A stretch of DNA of 55,214 bases from Nemertoderma westbladi. Lineage: Eukaryota > Animalia > Xenacoelomorpha. Shown piece by piece: positions 1 to 11,902 of the stretch. Under the pieces are notes generated by a model that made no database searches, was not told the origin of the DNA, and saw only the letters and a program-made list of their open reading frames with translations. The stretch spans positions 1 to 55,214 of the forward strand of contig JAUCBJ010001076.1 of NCBI GenBank assembly GCA_032718475.1, read 5' to 3'. Numbering within the stretch: the first letter of the stretch is position 1; every line of letters begins with the position of its first letter. The position numbers and the translations under genes are program-made.

Positions 1-1944
1 GTAGAGCCATTTAAATTCGACGGAAGCAGGCCGGAAGAATACCTGCAATTCCGACGCATGTACAGCAACGAGATATTAAGTAAGAACCTGACGCAGGCGG
101 AGTGCCTAAAATATTTACAGGTATATACAGGAGGCCCAGCGTACGACATCGTGAGGCAGTATCAGGGCATCGAGGGCGGCTTCACGACTGCATGGCGGGC
201 CCTAGACAGGGAATACGGACACCCAGCCAAGATCATCCGGCAGACCTTAAGGGGGATAACATCGGGTGGCCTACAGGATAACCCTGTTAGCATAAAGACC
301 TTTGCGAACAAGGTCGAGAAGGCGTTAATCGTGCTGAAAACGCTAGACGCGCCATACGAACTCAACGCATCTAATAATATCACCACGATAGCGCAGGCAC
401 TGCCGATCTGGCTACGGAGCAAGTGGAGGAAGATCGCCTTCTCCACTCGGGAGAAGAAAGGTGCGGAGCCAGGGCTAGAGGAAATGTCGAACTTCCTCAA
501 CTACGAAGCAGAGTTGATTACAGACCCAGTCTATAGTGAGGATAGTTTGGGGAAGGCGCCGAAGACCGAATACAACAGGCCTAAACCCGAACATAATCCG
601 GCAGATCCATTCCCGAGAGTAAGACAGTCGCTACCACACGCGGCCACACAGGGGGCTACAAGCCCACAGTTAGCTGGGAGTAGGGCCACACCGTGGCAGG
701 GACAGAAAGAAAATAACAACACAAATAAACATAATCCCAACATACCCAGTAGGCCGAGTCCAGATAACCAAAACACTAAACAGGTAGATATAAACCTACG
801 CGCGATACGTGAGGGACTATACAGGGAACGCTACAATCCAGGATTCGAATGTCAGTTGCATAGGGACGGAACCCATAAGACCATGAGTTGTAAGCATTGG
901 CAAGCGTTGCCTAAACAAGATCGTGTAGCCTACACAGACGCAAACGGACTATGTCATCGATGCGTGGTAGAAGGACACAGATCCGGAGAGTGTAGAGAAA
1001 CAGCGATAGGAGATGACGAGACTGGAGGCCAAACGATGGCTACGAGCACGACAGGAGCAAGAAGAAAGAGGAAAGTACTACTCGGGGTAGTACCAGTGAA
1101 GATAACAGGAAGGGGCGGCCGATCAGTCACAACATTAATGCTGGTCGACAGCGGAGCAGCCTTCACGCTGGTGGAGAATTGGGTGGCCGAGGAGATAGGG
1201 TTACAGACGAGGCCGAGTAGGTTGGCGGTAACTACTATCTCAAGTAAGGATGAGGTCCTGGAGATGAGGACGGGACGGTGCGAGATATCAGCGATTGCAC
1301 CGGGATGTGACTATGGGGCGACCATAGACCCCATTCAGATCATAGAATCGATCAATATTAATGCCAGGAGACCAACTAACATCGAGGTCGAGCAGTACCG
1401 GTTCCTGGACGATATCGATTTTTCAATACCGGAGGTGGACGTCTCGAAGGTATCCATCATAGTGGGTATGGACTGCCCGACGGCCCACGAAAGAGTACAG
1501 ACGATCTTCGGGGAAGACAGACAGCGGGATCCGACGGCGATTCTCACGCCGTTCGGATGGACGCTTAGCGGCCCAATTAAAACCAAGATTCCACACAGGG
1601 TGTCGGAGACATCAGGGTGCATGCTACCAGGCACCGTTAAGGACGTAGAGGAGAAAACAGAGACGGTAGATAAGCTAGAAGGGGAAGTAACAGCAAGAGT
1701 GTGGGCGGAGGAGAATGGATTCGACGCGGAAGACTTAGAGACAATGGGATGGAACAAGGATGTTCCCAGCAAGTATCGGTATGGGGATGGAGAGGAGTGG
1801 ACGGCCAGATGTCCGGAGGACAACAGTCCGAGAGGAGTGTCCGGAGGAGTGTCCGGAGGAGTGTCCGGAGGAGTGTCCAGAGGAGTGTCCGGAAGAGACG
1901 CCGGTCCGGTTGAGAGGCATACCGACAAGGGGGAGGTCGAGTAA
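1..1944 (+). CDS. BEL/Pao Gag (DUF1759-like capsid region, zinc knuckles) plus aspartic protease, 5'-partial
   Basis: Frame is open from base 1 (VEPFKFDGSRPEEYLQFRRM). Knuckles CQLHRDGTHKTMSC and CHRCVVEGHRSGEC, protease LVDSGA, BEL-type PTAILTPFGWTLSGP. Ends in 12-bp GGAGTGTCCGGA repeats. Confidence 0.88.
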   Translation, partial: VEPFKFDGSRPEEYLQFRRMYSNEILSKNLTQAECLKYLQVYTGGPAYDIVRQYQGIEGGFTTAWRALDREYGHPAKIIRQTLRGITSGGLQDNPVSIKTFANKVEKALIVLKTLDAPYELNASNNITTIAQALPIWLRSKWRKIAFSTREKKGAEPGLEEMSNFLNYEAELITDPVYSEDSLGKAPKTEYNRPKPEHNPADPFPRVRQSLPHAATQGATSPQLAGSRATPWQGQKENNNTNKHNPNIPSRPSPDNQNTKQVDINLRAIREGLYRERYNPGFECQLHRDGTHKTMSCKHWQALPKQDRVAYTDANGLCHRCVVEGHRSGECRETAIGDDETGGQTMATSTTGARRKRKVLLGVVPVKITGRGGRSVTTLMLVDSGAAFTLVENWVAEEIGLQTRPSRLAVTTISSKDEVLEMRTGRCEISAIAPGCDYGATIDPIQIIESININARRPTNIEVEQYRFLDDIDFSIPEVDVSKVSIIVGMDCPTAHERVQTIFGEDRQRDPTAILTPFGWTLSGPIKTKIPHRVSETSGCMLPGTVKDVEEKTETVDKLEGEVTARVWAEENGFDAEDLETMGWNKDVPSKYRYGDGEEWTARCPEDNSPRGVSGGVSGGVSGGVSRGVSGRDAGPVERHTDKGEVE

Positions 1945-2335
1945 GAAGACAGGATGGAGAGGGATAGGATTACTATTGTCCGTTCTGTTTTATCTATTCT
2001 TCCGATTTCTTTTCATTCTACCGGCAGGCGAAGACCAGATGAAGGGTGGCATTTTGCTGCCAGGAGATCAGGAAGTTAAGAAGGCGGCGGAGAGACCCGA
2101 TTTTAGGGTGGTGGCGGAGGCTACGAGAGTGGTAGATACCATTCCCCGACGAGGATGGAAGAGTCCGGTCGGTGGGGGTGCGAATAGGAGGCAAGATGGG
2201 AGTAAAGGAGAGGAAGACCTACAGGAGGGCTGTAGGAAGAGTGCTGCCTGATAGAAGGGGCACCTTAGAGTTTAGTCGTCCAATATGTTGGACTGAGGGG
2301 GGTGGGAATGAGGGCGAGACGCCCTTCCCACACAC

Positions 2336-3355
2336 AATAATAAATATAATAAATAATAAAATAATAAATATAATAAATAAGTAGAAAGTTAGAAATTAAT
2401 AGTTAGTAGAAGTTAGATAAGTAAGTAGTAAGAAGTAGATAGTTAGTAGAAGTTAGATAGTAAGTAGAAGTAAAGTTAGTAAGTTAGATTAGTAAGTAGT
2501 TAAGTAGTAGAGTCATAAGAGTATAGAAGTATAGAAGTCGGCGGGTATAGGGAGTGTGGTATATAAACATACCACGGGAGTAGGAGGGTACGTAGTACCG
2601 TTAGGTTAGAAGTAGGCAGTAAGGGAGTGTGGTATATTGACATGCCACGAGTAGTAGCAGAGGGGTTGTGGGCACCGGAAGCGCCACGTAGAAAGTAGTA
2701 AGCGGAGGGGTTGTGGGCACCGGAAGCGCCACGTAGATAGAGGTAGTAACAGAGTGGCTGTGGGCACCGAAAGCGCCACGTAGATGGAGGTAGTAGCAGA
2801 GTGGTTGTGGGCACCGAAAGCGCCACGTAGTTAGCGAGTTAGTAGAGGTAGAGAGTTAGTAGACTTAGGAGAGTTAGTAGAGGTAGAGAGTTAGTAGACT
2901 TAGGAGAGTTAGTAGAGGTAGAGAGTTAGTAGACTTAGTAGAGTTAGGAGTTAGTAGAGAAAGAGAGTAAGAGGGTACATAGTACCGTTAGTAGAGTTAG
3001 AGAGTTACTAGTTAGAGTTACGTAGAGAGTTAGTATAGTTAGTATAGTTAGTAAAGTTAGCAGAGTTAGTAGAGTGAAGAAGTAAGTAGTAAGTAGCAAG
3101 TAAGATTTAGATAAGGTAGATAGAATGATAGCACAGGGTATGTAGCATAAGAGATTTAGCGCCTTTGGGAGTGGTAGAGTATGAGAGGAGTCCCGAGAGA
3201 AGTTGGAGAGGAGGTGTTGGCGTGTGAGAGAGAGAGGAGTGGACAGAGGGTTCGAGGGTGAGATAGAGTGGAGTGGAGTAAGATGAGAGTAGAGTGGAGT
3301 TAGAGTGGAGCTGAAGTAGAGTAGAGTCGAGTAGTTAGAGTTTAGAGTGAGGAGA
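2336..3355 (+). repeat. Purine-rich low-complexity tract with short tandem repeats inside the element 3' region
   Basis: AATAAT and AGTTAGTAG runs; about 4 copies of GTAGCAGAGGGGTTGTGGGCACCGGAAGCGCCACGTAGA (2650-2830); 3 copies of a ~35-bp unit (2837-2945). Confidence 0.85.
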
Positions 3356-3592
3356 GTTTTTAAAATTGTGTGAGGATTCCACAATTGTCTCAAACAGAGA
3401 CGCCAGATGTCTTGGTGCAACATAGGTTGCGGTTGCACCAAGAAGGGGTAGTAATATCATACCCAGAGGGAGCGGCCTGGAAAGCCGACTCCAAGTAAGA
3501 GAACTCCACCCCACACCCGATAGTAGATCGGGTTCCAGCGGAATTGAAGCGCACTCATAGGTGATGCTATCTTCTCACCGGGAAGATAGCAT

Positions 3593-3601
3593 GGGGGGGA
3601 G
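3593..3601 (+). promoter_or_regulatory. Polypurine tract (PPT)
   Basis: GGGGGGGAG directly before the LTR TG at 3602. Confidence 0.8.
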
Positions 3602-4190
3602 TGTGAGCGGATTCAATTCCGCCTCATTACCCCCATAAAGTTAGGACAGTGGCGCCCTTTTCAGCAATATTGGAGATACGAGATTGATAACAACCAATCT
3701 CGTATCACACCCAATAACGGGGATAACATACACCCCAAAAGCCACACAAAGGGAGGTTAGAGGTCAAACCACCTCGAGAGGGCAGATAACCATCAGCGGG
3801 GGGGGGGAAGCACTCCCACAGAGGTGAGAGGCGTGAAGTAGGTTATTAGCCAATAGGGGCGAGGGAGAGCATCCGCTAGGTAATAAGGCCACAGTACCGT
3901 AAGAATGATTAGATATATATTATCAGTTAATTCAGTCAGTTAAGTCAGTTTACTCATTTACCGGTTTTTCAGTGCAGACGGGCAACATCGTTTTACCGTC
4001 ACCGTTACCGTCACTATCACTGTCATATTGGTTTACAATATTATCTGCCATCTATCTATCTGTTATCTATCTATTATCTTGTGCTATTATACATAACGCC
4101 GAAGGACAACATCAATCTCGAACTTTTCCATTACACCGGTGACGCGTACGAAACGAACTTACCCAGTCGGGATCTACTGATCCCGTCACA
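3602..4190 (+). repeat. 3' LTR (589 bp) of the gag-protease element
   Basis: Starts TGTGAGCGGAT after the PPT and ends ATCCCGTCACA (imperfect terminal inverted repeat, TG...CA). The partner LTR is not in the window. Confidence 0.8.
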
Positions 4191-4222
4191 ATAAAGCTCA
4201 AATTGTGTATGTGTGTTTGTAT

Positions 4223-4251
4223 AGCGCGAGAAGCGCGCTGGGGCTTGCTAG
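4223..4251 (+). mobile_element. Probable Helitron 3' terminus
   Basis: GC hairpin AGCGCG-agaag-CGCGCT, then CTAG 8 nt later, followed by T. Confidence 0.5.
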
Positions 4252-5472
4252 TAAACCATAAATCATGTTAGGGCGTGGTTATAAACAAAAAATGTATCAG
4301 TTAACAAGTTATTAGTAAACAAGAAAATGTATTTACTTTCATTTAATATCCTGAACTCAATTAAAATTACATTATTAGTTCACACTTTAAAATTAAACTA
4401 TAAAAACGGTGATATTAAAAGCGAATAAAATAAATAAATAAAATTAAAAATTAATTAAAAACATAGAAATACTATTCTTTATTGCATACAATAAATTGCA
4501 TCACGATTTGTAATATAGAAATAATACAAAGTCATATATCAGCGCTCATATCTATCATATCAGCGCTCAAACTTTTCGAAAATATCGACGACAGACGGGT
4601 CCACTAATTATACCCTATACTCTCTAAGGCTCACCTGGACTTGCGGCTCGCCCTATAAATTTAATTCATGAACGGTCACATTCAAATTAAGAAGCTAATT
4701 CTCATATTTTTCCAATTTGAATTGGACTTCAATTGCATGTCAAAAAGTAAAATCTTAACTTTATCGGTAAACGTACTGTACATTCGTATTGCAACCACTT
4801 GTTACTGTTAAACTATCAAGTAAATATCCAGTAATCGAAGCCATTAGATATTGTACTATAGTTCTTTGAATCTTAAGCGAACCAAATAATCCAACATAAT
4901 TATGTAAAGTTTTTTTTACATATTGTCAATTATTTACTACCATTATGTGACATTATTTCTGATGTGAAATGGTAAGCTGAGTTCAAATCGTTGGCATAAT
5001 TTTTGTTCAACAATCCGTTGTCACAATTCAAGTTTCCCGCACTCAAAATCAGTTCACAAAGATCACAAAATCACCACGAACATTGGCTAATCACTGGTGA
5101 TCCATATACACTAACAACATTACAGTATGTTAGGCGCTAAAGTTACCATTTCTCCTAGCACTACATTACAGTAATCAGTATAGCGAAATGACTCCATAGG
5201 AAACTTTTCTGTTATAAAAAATGTAATATTTTTGGACCACATGTTTATGCAAAAGGGCAAAAAAATATATATTCTCGGTAAAACTACTACGTTGGTATTG
5301 TAACCATCTGCATACTGGTAAGCTCTCAAGTAATTATCCAGTAATCGAAGCCATTTGTATACCGTACCTACAAAGATGATATAGATAAAAATGCAGCCAC
5401 ATTAATATTCAATAAATGATTAATTTAATTTACGGTGCAGCCATTTTACTTCTTTTACACTGCATTGTAGAG

Positions 5473-5690
5473 GGGTCAGAGTAAAACGCGGATTCGGATC
5501 CGGATTCTACATTTAACATTGTCCCTACGGAAGTCGATTTTTTTACATTTTTATAACTCCCAAAAATAAAACTATAACCTGTTCTATTGACTTTAGTTTA
5601 TTGTTTTGGTTAAAATAACGTGCCACTGTAACCTGCTCCTTTCCCTTAATTTATAATTTTGGAATCCGGATCCGCGTTTTAAACCTACCC
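5473..5690. mobile_element. MITE (218 bp) with 9-bp TSD, Mutator-like
   Basis: TIRs GGGTCAGAGTAAAACGCGGAT and ATCCGCGTTTTAAACCTACCC; TSD ATTGTAGAG at 5464-5472 and 5691-5699. Confidence 0.8.
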
Positions 5691-6876
5691 ATTGTAGAGG
5701 CCAAATTCTTTGGCCAAGTCAACCACCCAAACAGTAGCCAGCTCGAGCGCGTAGGAACATCACCAGTCAACCCGGTCGGGATCCCACGCCAACCAGGATT
5801 CTTCCAATCTGCCACCTGGTATAGGCCTACAGTTCTGTAGTTGGAACGATAGTAGATAGGAAGGTATACTGAGGTACGGAATATAGAACAGCTGAACAGG
5901 ACAGACAGCAGGAGTCTTGTTACTTTGGGGACCGTTGTTTCAACCTTTCTAATTGTTATTCTACAGCTGCGTGCCGGCAGACCGGTACCTAATGCGTGAC
6001 TGCATCAGAATATCAAATAAATTACTGTGGAATAAATTATTAGACTAGTAACTTGTACTGTACATTTTACTATATCAGTGTTGTCGGCCTCTTATAATAA
6101 GAAACAAATAGAATCTAAAAATGTCGTAGAGTTATTTAAATATTTAAAAAGTATGTTTATCATCAGATGTAAACGATACCGCTGTAATTATCAGTTAACT
6201 TTGTAATCGTATAATGAATGATGCGTATTTTTCATTTTTTTTTGGGATAAATGTTCTCAACAAAGGAGTAGCCTGGCGGGGTTGAGGTTTTCTTCACCTA
6301 ATCAAATTCGCGTTAAATCTATAAAGTTTTACAAGTCATTTTGTATAGAGAGAGAGTTCAGTAATCATAACAACATTTTGACATTAAAATTTATTTATTC
6401 CGCAATAAATTTTTGACAAATATTGGAATCTCCTATTGATAAAAAATTTATTTTTTCAATATAAAAATAATTGCTATTAACCTAGGCCTCCCAGCGTTTA
6501 CCTAATGTTTAAAATGTTTCCTTCTTTTTTAAACTCTTTATCATCGGGTATACCGCGTTTACCGGTAACATGCCTAATCTCCTATTTTAGTCCTATGCTT
6601 GTTACTGTATTATAAGGCCCGACTTAAAAGCATTCTCACTGATAATGTCGCTAACATTTTAAAGTTGTATAATATTATTACTACATCCTGTTCTACCTAT
6701 TGAGTTTAATAATATGTCAATTTTTTAATTTAGTTATACTAACCAATACAATCATGATTTATGTAATTAATCATTATGTTTAGTATCATATCGTAACTAT
6801 TTCCTTAATAAATGTTTCTGCACTATTAATCATTGGGTCTTTAATAAATCAACTTATTATTTGTGAACATTACCGC

Positions 6877-6965
6877 GACTGGGAACTAGCTAACTATACC
6901 GCAATTATTTTAGTTGGTCCTGCTAGATCTGCTATAATTATTTAAATTGCCCAATTTCCTTCACT
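6877..6965 (+). pseudogene. Highly degenerate LINE (CR1/L2-like) RT relic
   Basis: Translates as DWELANYTAI ... CPISFT, resembling the LINE RT motifs DWKxAxVxPI ... YRPISLT. Confidence 0.3.
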
Positions 6966-7439
6966 ATATCTCGCTTCGGTTGTAATTGCTACCACCCTGA
7001 TCATACGACAGCAACACCGTGTAGGCATTGCTAATAAAATGTCCTATACTCAAATACCAAAGTCACTCACTTTATTATATCAAATACATTTTGTTTAATA
7101 AAGGTTTTATTTAATAGTAAAATTTAATTTCCATTAGCATAATGCTAATTTTTAAGTTCGTCGTAACATTATCTTGTTCTGCCTTTACATCACTGGGTTT
7201 CTAAGTTTTACAACTTATGCTGTACAAATGTTTAACAAACTAACAAAATCGCAGACCAGAATGCTCGAGTATGAACCCGTTGATATTTTTTGCAGGACAG
7301 ATGTAGCTAGTTAAGTTGTTGGAAGCCAATTGTAATCTTTATTGTATTTAGTTAGTATAAATGGAGTCAGTTATAGCCATACTCAGGAAGGAAGTACTCC
7401 CATTACCCACATTCTACTTTGATTTGTCGTTAGACTTCG

Positions 7440-7700
7440 CATCGGCAGTGCTCGCATTGGATTGGCTGTTAATTAACAGTACTCGCATTGGATTGGCTGT
7501 TAGACTATTTAGTACTCTCACTGGATTGGCTGTTAGAAACGCAGTGTTCACATTGGGTTGGCTGTTAGACTCGGCAGTACTTTCATTTGATTTCCTTTTA
7601 GACTAGTTAGACTCTCATTGGATTAGCTGTTAGACTATGCAGTACTCGCATATGATTGGCTGTTAGGCTCGCCAGTACTCTCATTTGTTCCCTGCTTCTT
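7440..7700. repeat. Degenerate ~33-bp tandem repeat
   Basis: Recurring GATTGGCTGTTAGACT...CAGTACTCGCATTG, about 7 copies. Confidence 0.75.
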
Positions 7701-7949
7701 TCGCATGATTGGTGCATTTTTTAAATTGACTATTAACCAGTTTTATTGACTATCGTTTATTATTTTGGATACCCCACTGTAACCTGTTCCTTTTCAAGGA
7801 TTTGTGTTAATGATATATATATATATATATATTATAATATAGTGCTTGATTTCCTTCCTATAATAATTAAACCGTGCTAAGCACGATGAACTGGAGCTTT
7901 ATTCGCCCCCTGGAAAAATCACTTTCGCAGCCATTTTTATCGGCTAGAG

Positions 7950-9045
7950 TTCCGTATAGAACTGCATTTTTAAAACATATGTCATTGTTACTATGGCAAC
8001 TTTAAAGAGTTCTGGAACAATAGACAAGTAATATATACTATTCTAGAACATAAATAAAATAAAAAATATTATGTTCTAGAACATATAGCTAGTTTTTTTT
8101 AATTTAAAATAGCTAGCAAATAAAATAAATTTTTTTTTGAGATTTTAAAATCGCTAGTATATTTAAAATAATATACTATATCCATATATATGTCCATGGG
8201 CCAGCCAGCATAGGGGATACTTTTTGGTAACCACCGGAACTTATCTTTTTGGGAAGACCTAGCTTCTGGCCATTCATTTTGATATGATAACAAATCTGAA
8301 TCGGTAGCTGACATGGTGTTATCACCGGTTGTCATGGAAATGGTAAAACAACAAACATGCTGTAGTATTCTAATAACTCAATATAAATTCATCGCATCTT
8401 TTGAAAAAGATAGCTACTGGTCTTACAATTCTAAATGTGACATAAAATTCTGGAATATAATTATTGTTACCATGGGAACGCTGCTAAATGAAAACTGACT
8501 GATTTTAGAAAAATAGCTACCATTCTAGAACAATGCCATCATTTTGAAAACAAATTGCCACATTTTATTGAATATTAGTTTTGGAAAATTTTGGTATACT
8601 GAGAGCTAAACCTGTTTTGTTATAACGGTGATATATGGTTCCAAAGATATACCCATGTTTGAAATATTTTTATTTTTCATCATTTTAATCTCATTCCACT
8701 CTGATTCAAAATAATGACATTAACAAATATTTATGTCAATAAAAAACCAATCAAGATGTGACTACAAATCACTTTAGAATGACAAGTGACATCTAAATGG
8801 CATTTCAGACAACACTCCTTCACAGGTTACCATGACTACCACTACAGATGCAATTGAAGATGACTCAGATATGACACAAACAAATGACTTGACACCTACC
8901 ACAAAAGAGAGGTATTATTATCTTTTATTATCTTTTAGTATATTCACTTCAATTTATATATTTATCATAATTGTTCCTAGATGATTTCTGCAAAGACGAT
9001 TCCTTCGATAATGACATTTTTGAAACTAAATCCTCTTTATTTAAT
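7950..9045. repeat. Left outer arm of a large inverted repeat
   Basis: Reverse complement of 11903-12585 plus 29722-29885 (high identity) and 30290-30461 (more diverged). Confidence 0.9.
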
Positions 9046-9053
9046 CCTCCTTG

Positions 9054-9918
9054 GCCGGGGGCATATTCCCAAACCTTACACTATTAGGAAAAAATCATGT
9101 AAGGAATGGAGATAGGGGTCGAACTAGTGTAAGAGTTTTATACTCAGTTTGCAGGTACAGTAGAAAGTGTTCCAAACGCTGTAAGGAATGGAGAAATTTG
9201 GTGAAATAATGTAAGGGTTATTACAGCAACACCAACAGTATTAGATGAGTAGACTTAACATTTGATATTATTCTAGGCAGTAGAACATTGGGATATGGTT
9301 TATACAGGGCTGCATGAGCTGCCCCCACACATAAGGACCACACTGCGCACAATATTGTGCTTCGGCAACCCCATAGAGAAAATGCATAGAAAAAATAAGC
9401 ATGATGGACAGCCCATGACTTTCTTAAGACGCCTCCTAAAGGACACTGGCCTTGAAGATGCAGCTAATCTCACAAAAGTTATGGGGGATAGAGAATTGTG
9501 GTGGTGCAACTTTGTTGATAAGCCGGCATATAATTCTTAATGTACGCTGCATTTGGCTTGCCAATTCTGGATTGCATGGAGGTGACAAAATACTTTTGCC
9601 AAACTGGCATAGCATCTCAATGTGCAGTTTCAATGCAGCTGGCCGATTATAGTACTGTACAGTAGTAATTGCTTATGAATAGTCCGTCTGCTATTCGTGT
9701 GCATCGAACTGCACTAGCGCGTCATCTAGACATATAGAGGTTTTAAGAGTTTATTTTATTTGCAGGAGCACTTTATAAAAACCTGACACAAGTTAGACCC
9801 CTCTTTCCATTCCTTACATTATTTCAACGTCCAAGCAAATAATAACTCATTAACCAATCTCAGGTGTTAATGCAAGAGATGTTCCTAGGAGTGTAAGGAT
9901 TGGGAATACGCGCCCGGC
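9054..9918. mobile_element. Non-autonomous TIR element carrying an internal LINE fragment
   Basis: GCCGGGGGCATATTCCCAAACCTTACAC at the left matches the reverse complement of GTGTAAGGATTGGGAATACGCGCCCGGC at the right. Confidence 0.6.
9390..9545 (+). pseudogene. 3' end fragment of an RTE-like LINE, same family as 40880-42265
   Basis: NKHDGQPMTFLRRLLKDTGLEDAANLTKVMGDRELW closely matches NKHGGQPITFLRRILKDTDLEDADDLANVMGDRELW in ORF 40915-41253. Confidence 0.8.
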
Positions 9919-10249
9919 TTAATTTTGTAATTAATCTGTAGCTTTGAGTAAGGTTTGTTTGGAAAACCGAGATTTCGTGACTTTTCCTAAAATTTAATGG
10001 GTTATCCAAACGAGCAAACGCCATTTTCATGGTCATGTTATTTTCGTGCTGTGCTCCCTTTCTGGCACCCATCTCCAGTACTTTCGTACTAAGATTTTCA
10101 ATGGTTTTCATAATTCACTAAAATTAATTTATTTGCGATATATAGCGGTTTTTTTGGATTTTGAAAGCGATTATAGAACTGCAATATTACATTCGTGAAA
10201 TTTTTTGGTAATTTTTAAAGTGTCGCAAATATGTTAGTCAAAAATCACG

Positions 10250-11748
10250 TCAAGATCTTCAGTTCATTCACATTTCGCCTCCTTTCTGTACATGACTTGA
10301 ATTTACACAACTCAATGCAATGATATTGATGTTTGTTTTGTAGGCAGATACAGAGTGAGTACAAAACAAAGACTCAACACCCAATTATAAAGACCTGCAT
10401 AATCATCTAACATGTGTTAACTTTCGTTTATTGTTTTGGTTCCCCCAACACGCCTCAGTAACGTGATCCTTTACTAACCTGCTCTCTTAAATAGCAATGG
10501 GACTTATCGCTCTTATGGACCTAACGCGACTTCACCTCTTTGTTTTGTACAGAACAGGCAGTAAAGTCTTGGGTCTTTGTTTTGTACTCAACCGGCAGAT
10601 ACATGTTGGTGGTTTACAATTGCAATACAGCAGAGATAGATAGAGAGGATAGATTATGGAGCTGGTAGAACATGCATCCAATCAGGTATTACCATATCCT
10701 CCTCATCTAACAGCCATCCCAGACCTATGGGAGAAGATACATTGATGATGGGTACTAAGCTTATATACGATTGGTAGTTGGCTCGGGATAGGTGTTTCTC
10801 TTTAAACAATATTTACAAGGTGGCAGCAAGGTTGACTCGATTTCTCCATGTTTTGAACAGAAAAGACGACACCGAAGCTCGTTCACGTCATTAACTTCTG
10901 ACATTCATGTAAAGCAATAAGTATTATGCATAAGTCAGGTCCAAGATTAGCTGATATAGTGTTTATGTTACAATGCGTTATTCTACTTAGAGATCCACAC
11001 TTTTGATAAACCTGGTATTTCAGGACATCGTTTTCATCCCTTGTAATGTATTTGAGTTGGTCCATTTATTGCCGACACCCTCATTATCATCTCGAATATG
11101 AATGTCACATACTTGAACCAGTCTTTGACGTTTGCTATTGGATACACCCCCCCCCCCCCCCCAACCACCACCATCCCTTTCAGTGAAACCTGCCTCTGCA
11201 CTTATGTCTATATTATTCATAACCTTCCAACACATGTTAATATTCATCATTGGCGAACATTGGCAACTATCAGAATCGTATCTAGAGATTTAGAAAGTTT
11301 TATATGCCAATTATATCTCAGGTGGTCAGATATTAATGACGTGAACATGCTTCAGTATCGTCTTTTAATCTCAAAAAGTGGAGAAATCGAGTCAACCTTT
11401 GCTGCCACCTTGTAAGTATTGTTTATACACCTATATATCCAAAGCCAACTACCAAGCGTATATTTGGAAAAAAGTTTAGTATCCATCATCAATGTACCTT
11501 CTCCCATTATACTGTAGATCTGTCTGTTAGATGAGGGGGATATTATATACCTGATTGGATGCATGTTCTTCCAGCTCCATCATCAATCCTCTCTCTCTCT
11601 CTCTCTCTGCTGTATTGAAATTGTACTACGTCATGTAAACCACTAACGTATCTGCCTACAAAATAAACTTCATTGTATTGAGTTGTACAAATTCAAGTAA
11701 TGCACCAAATGGAAGGAGGCGGAATTGGAATGAACTGGTGCACTTGAC
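10250..11748. repeat. Inner inverted repeat (arms 10250-10902 and 11325-11748) containing a probable Penelope-like RT relic
   Basis: Arms are diverged reverse complements. The minus strand gives MELEEHASNQ ... W(fs)RRYIDDG ... ITRDENDVLKYQVYQK, resembling Penelope RT motifs. Confidence 0.65.
10352..10593. mobile_element. MITE (242 bp) with 9-bp TSD
   Basis: TIR core TGAGTACAAAACAAAGAC / GTCTTTGTTTTGTACTCA; TSD GGCAGATAC at 10343-10351 and 10594-10602. The empty site is present in the opposite arm near 11648. Confidence 0.85.
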
Positions 11749-11902
11749 ACCGCAGATGATGAAGGTGATTTCTAATACAGCAGTAATTGTATCACATACA
11801 TTACCTACTCGACTAAGAATTATCTATTTGCTCGGATGACATCATCGCCTACCAATTAAGAATACGTACATAGGCCTACATAATTATGTATTTATTATTA
11901 TT

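Larger units (their letters stand above)
1..4190 (+). mobile_element. 3' part of a BEL/Pao LTR retrotransposon with gag and protease only (no RT/RNase H/integrase)
   Basis: Gag-protease ORF, then about 1.65 kb without pol motifs, a G-rich PPT, and a TGTGA...TCACA LTR at 3602-4190. The 5' end lies outside the window. Confidence 0.85.

Noticed and set aside
2500-3441. Minus-strand Leu/Thr-rich ORFs
   Set aside because: Antisense to a purine-rich repeat tract; compositional artefact.
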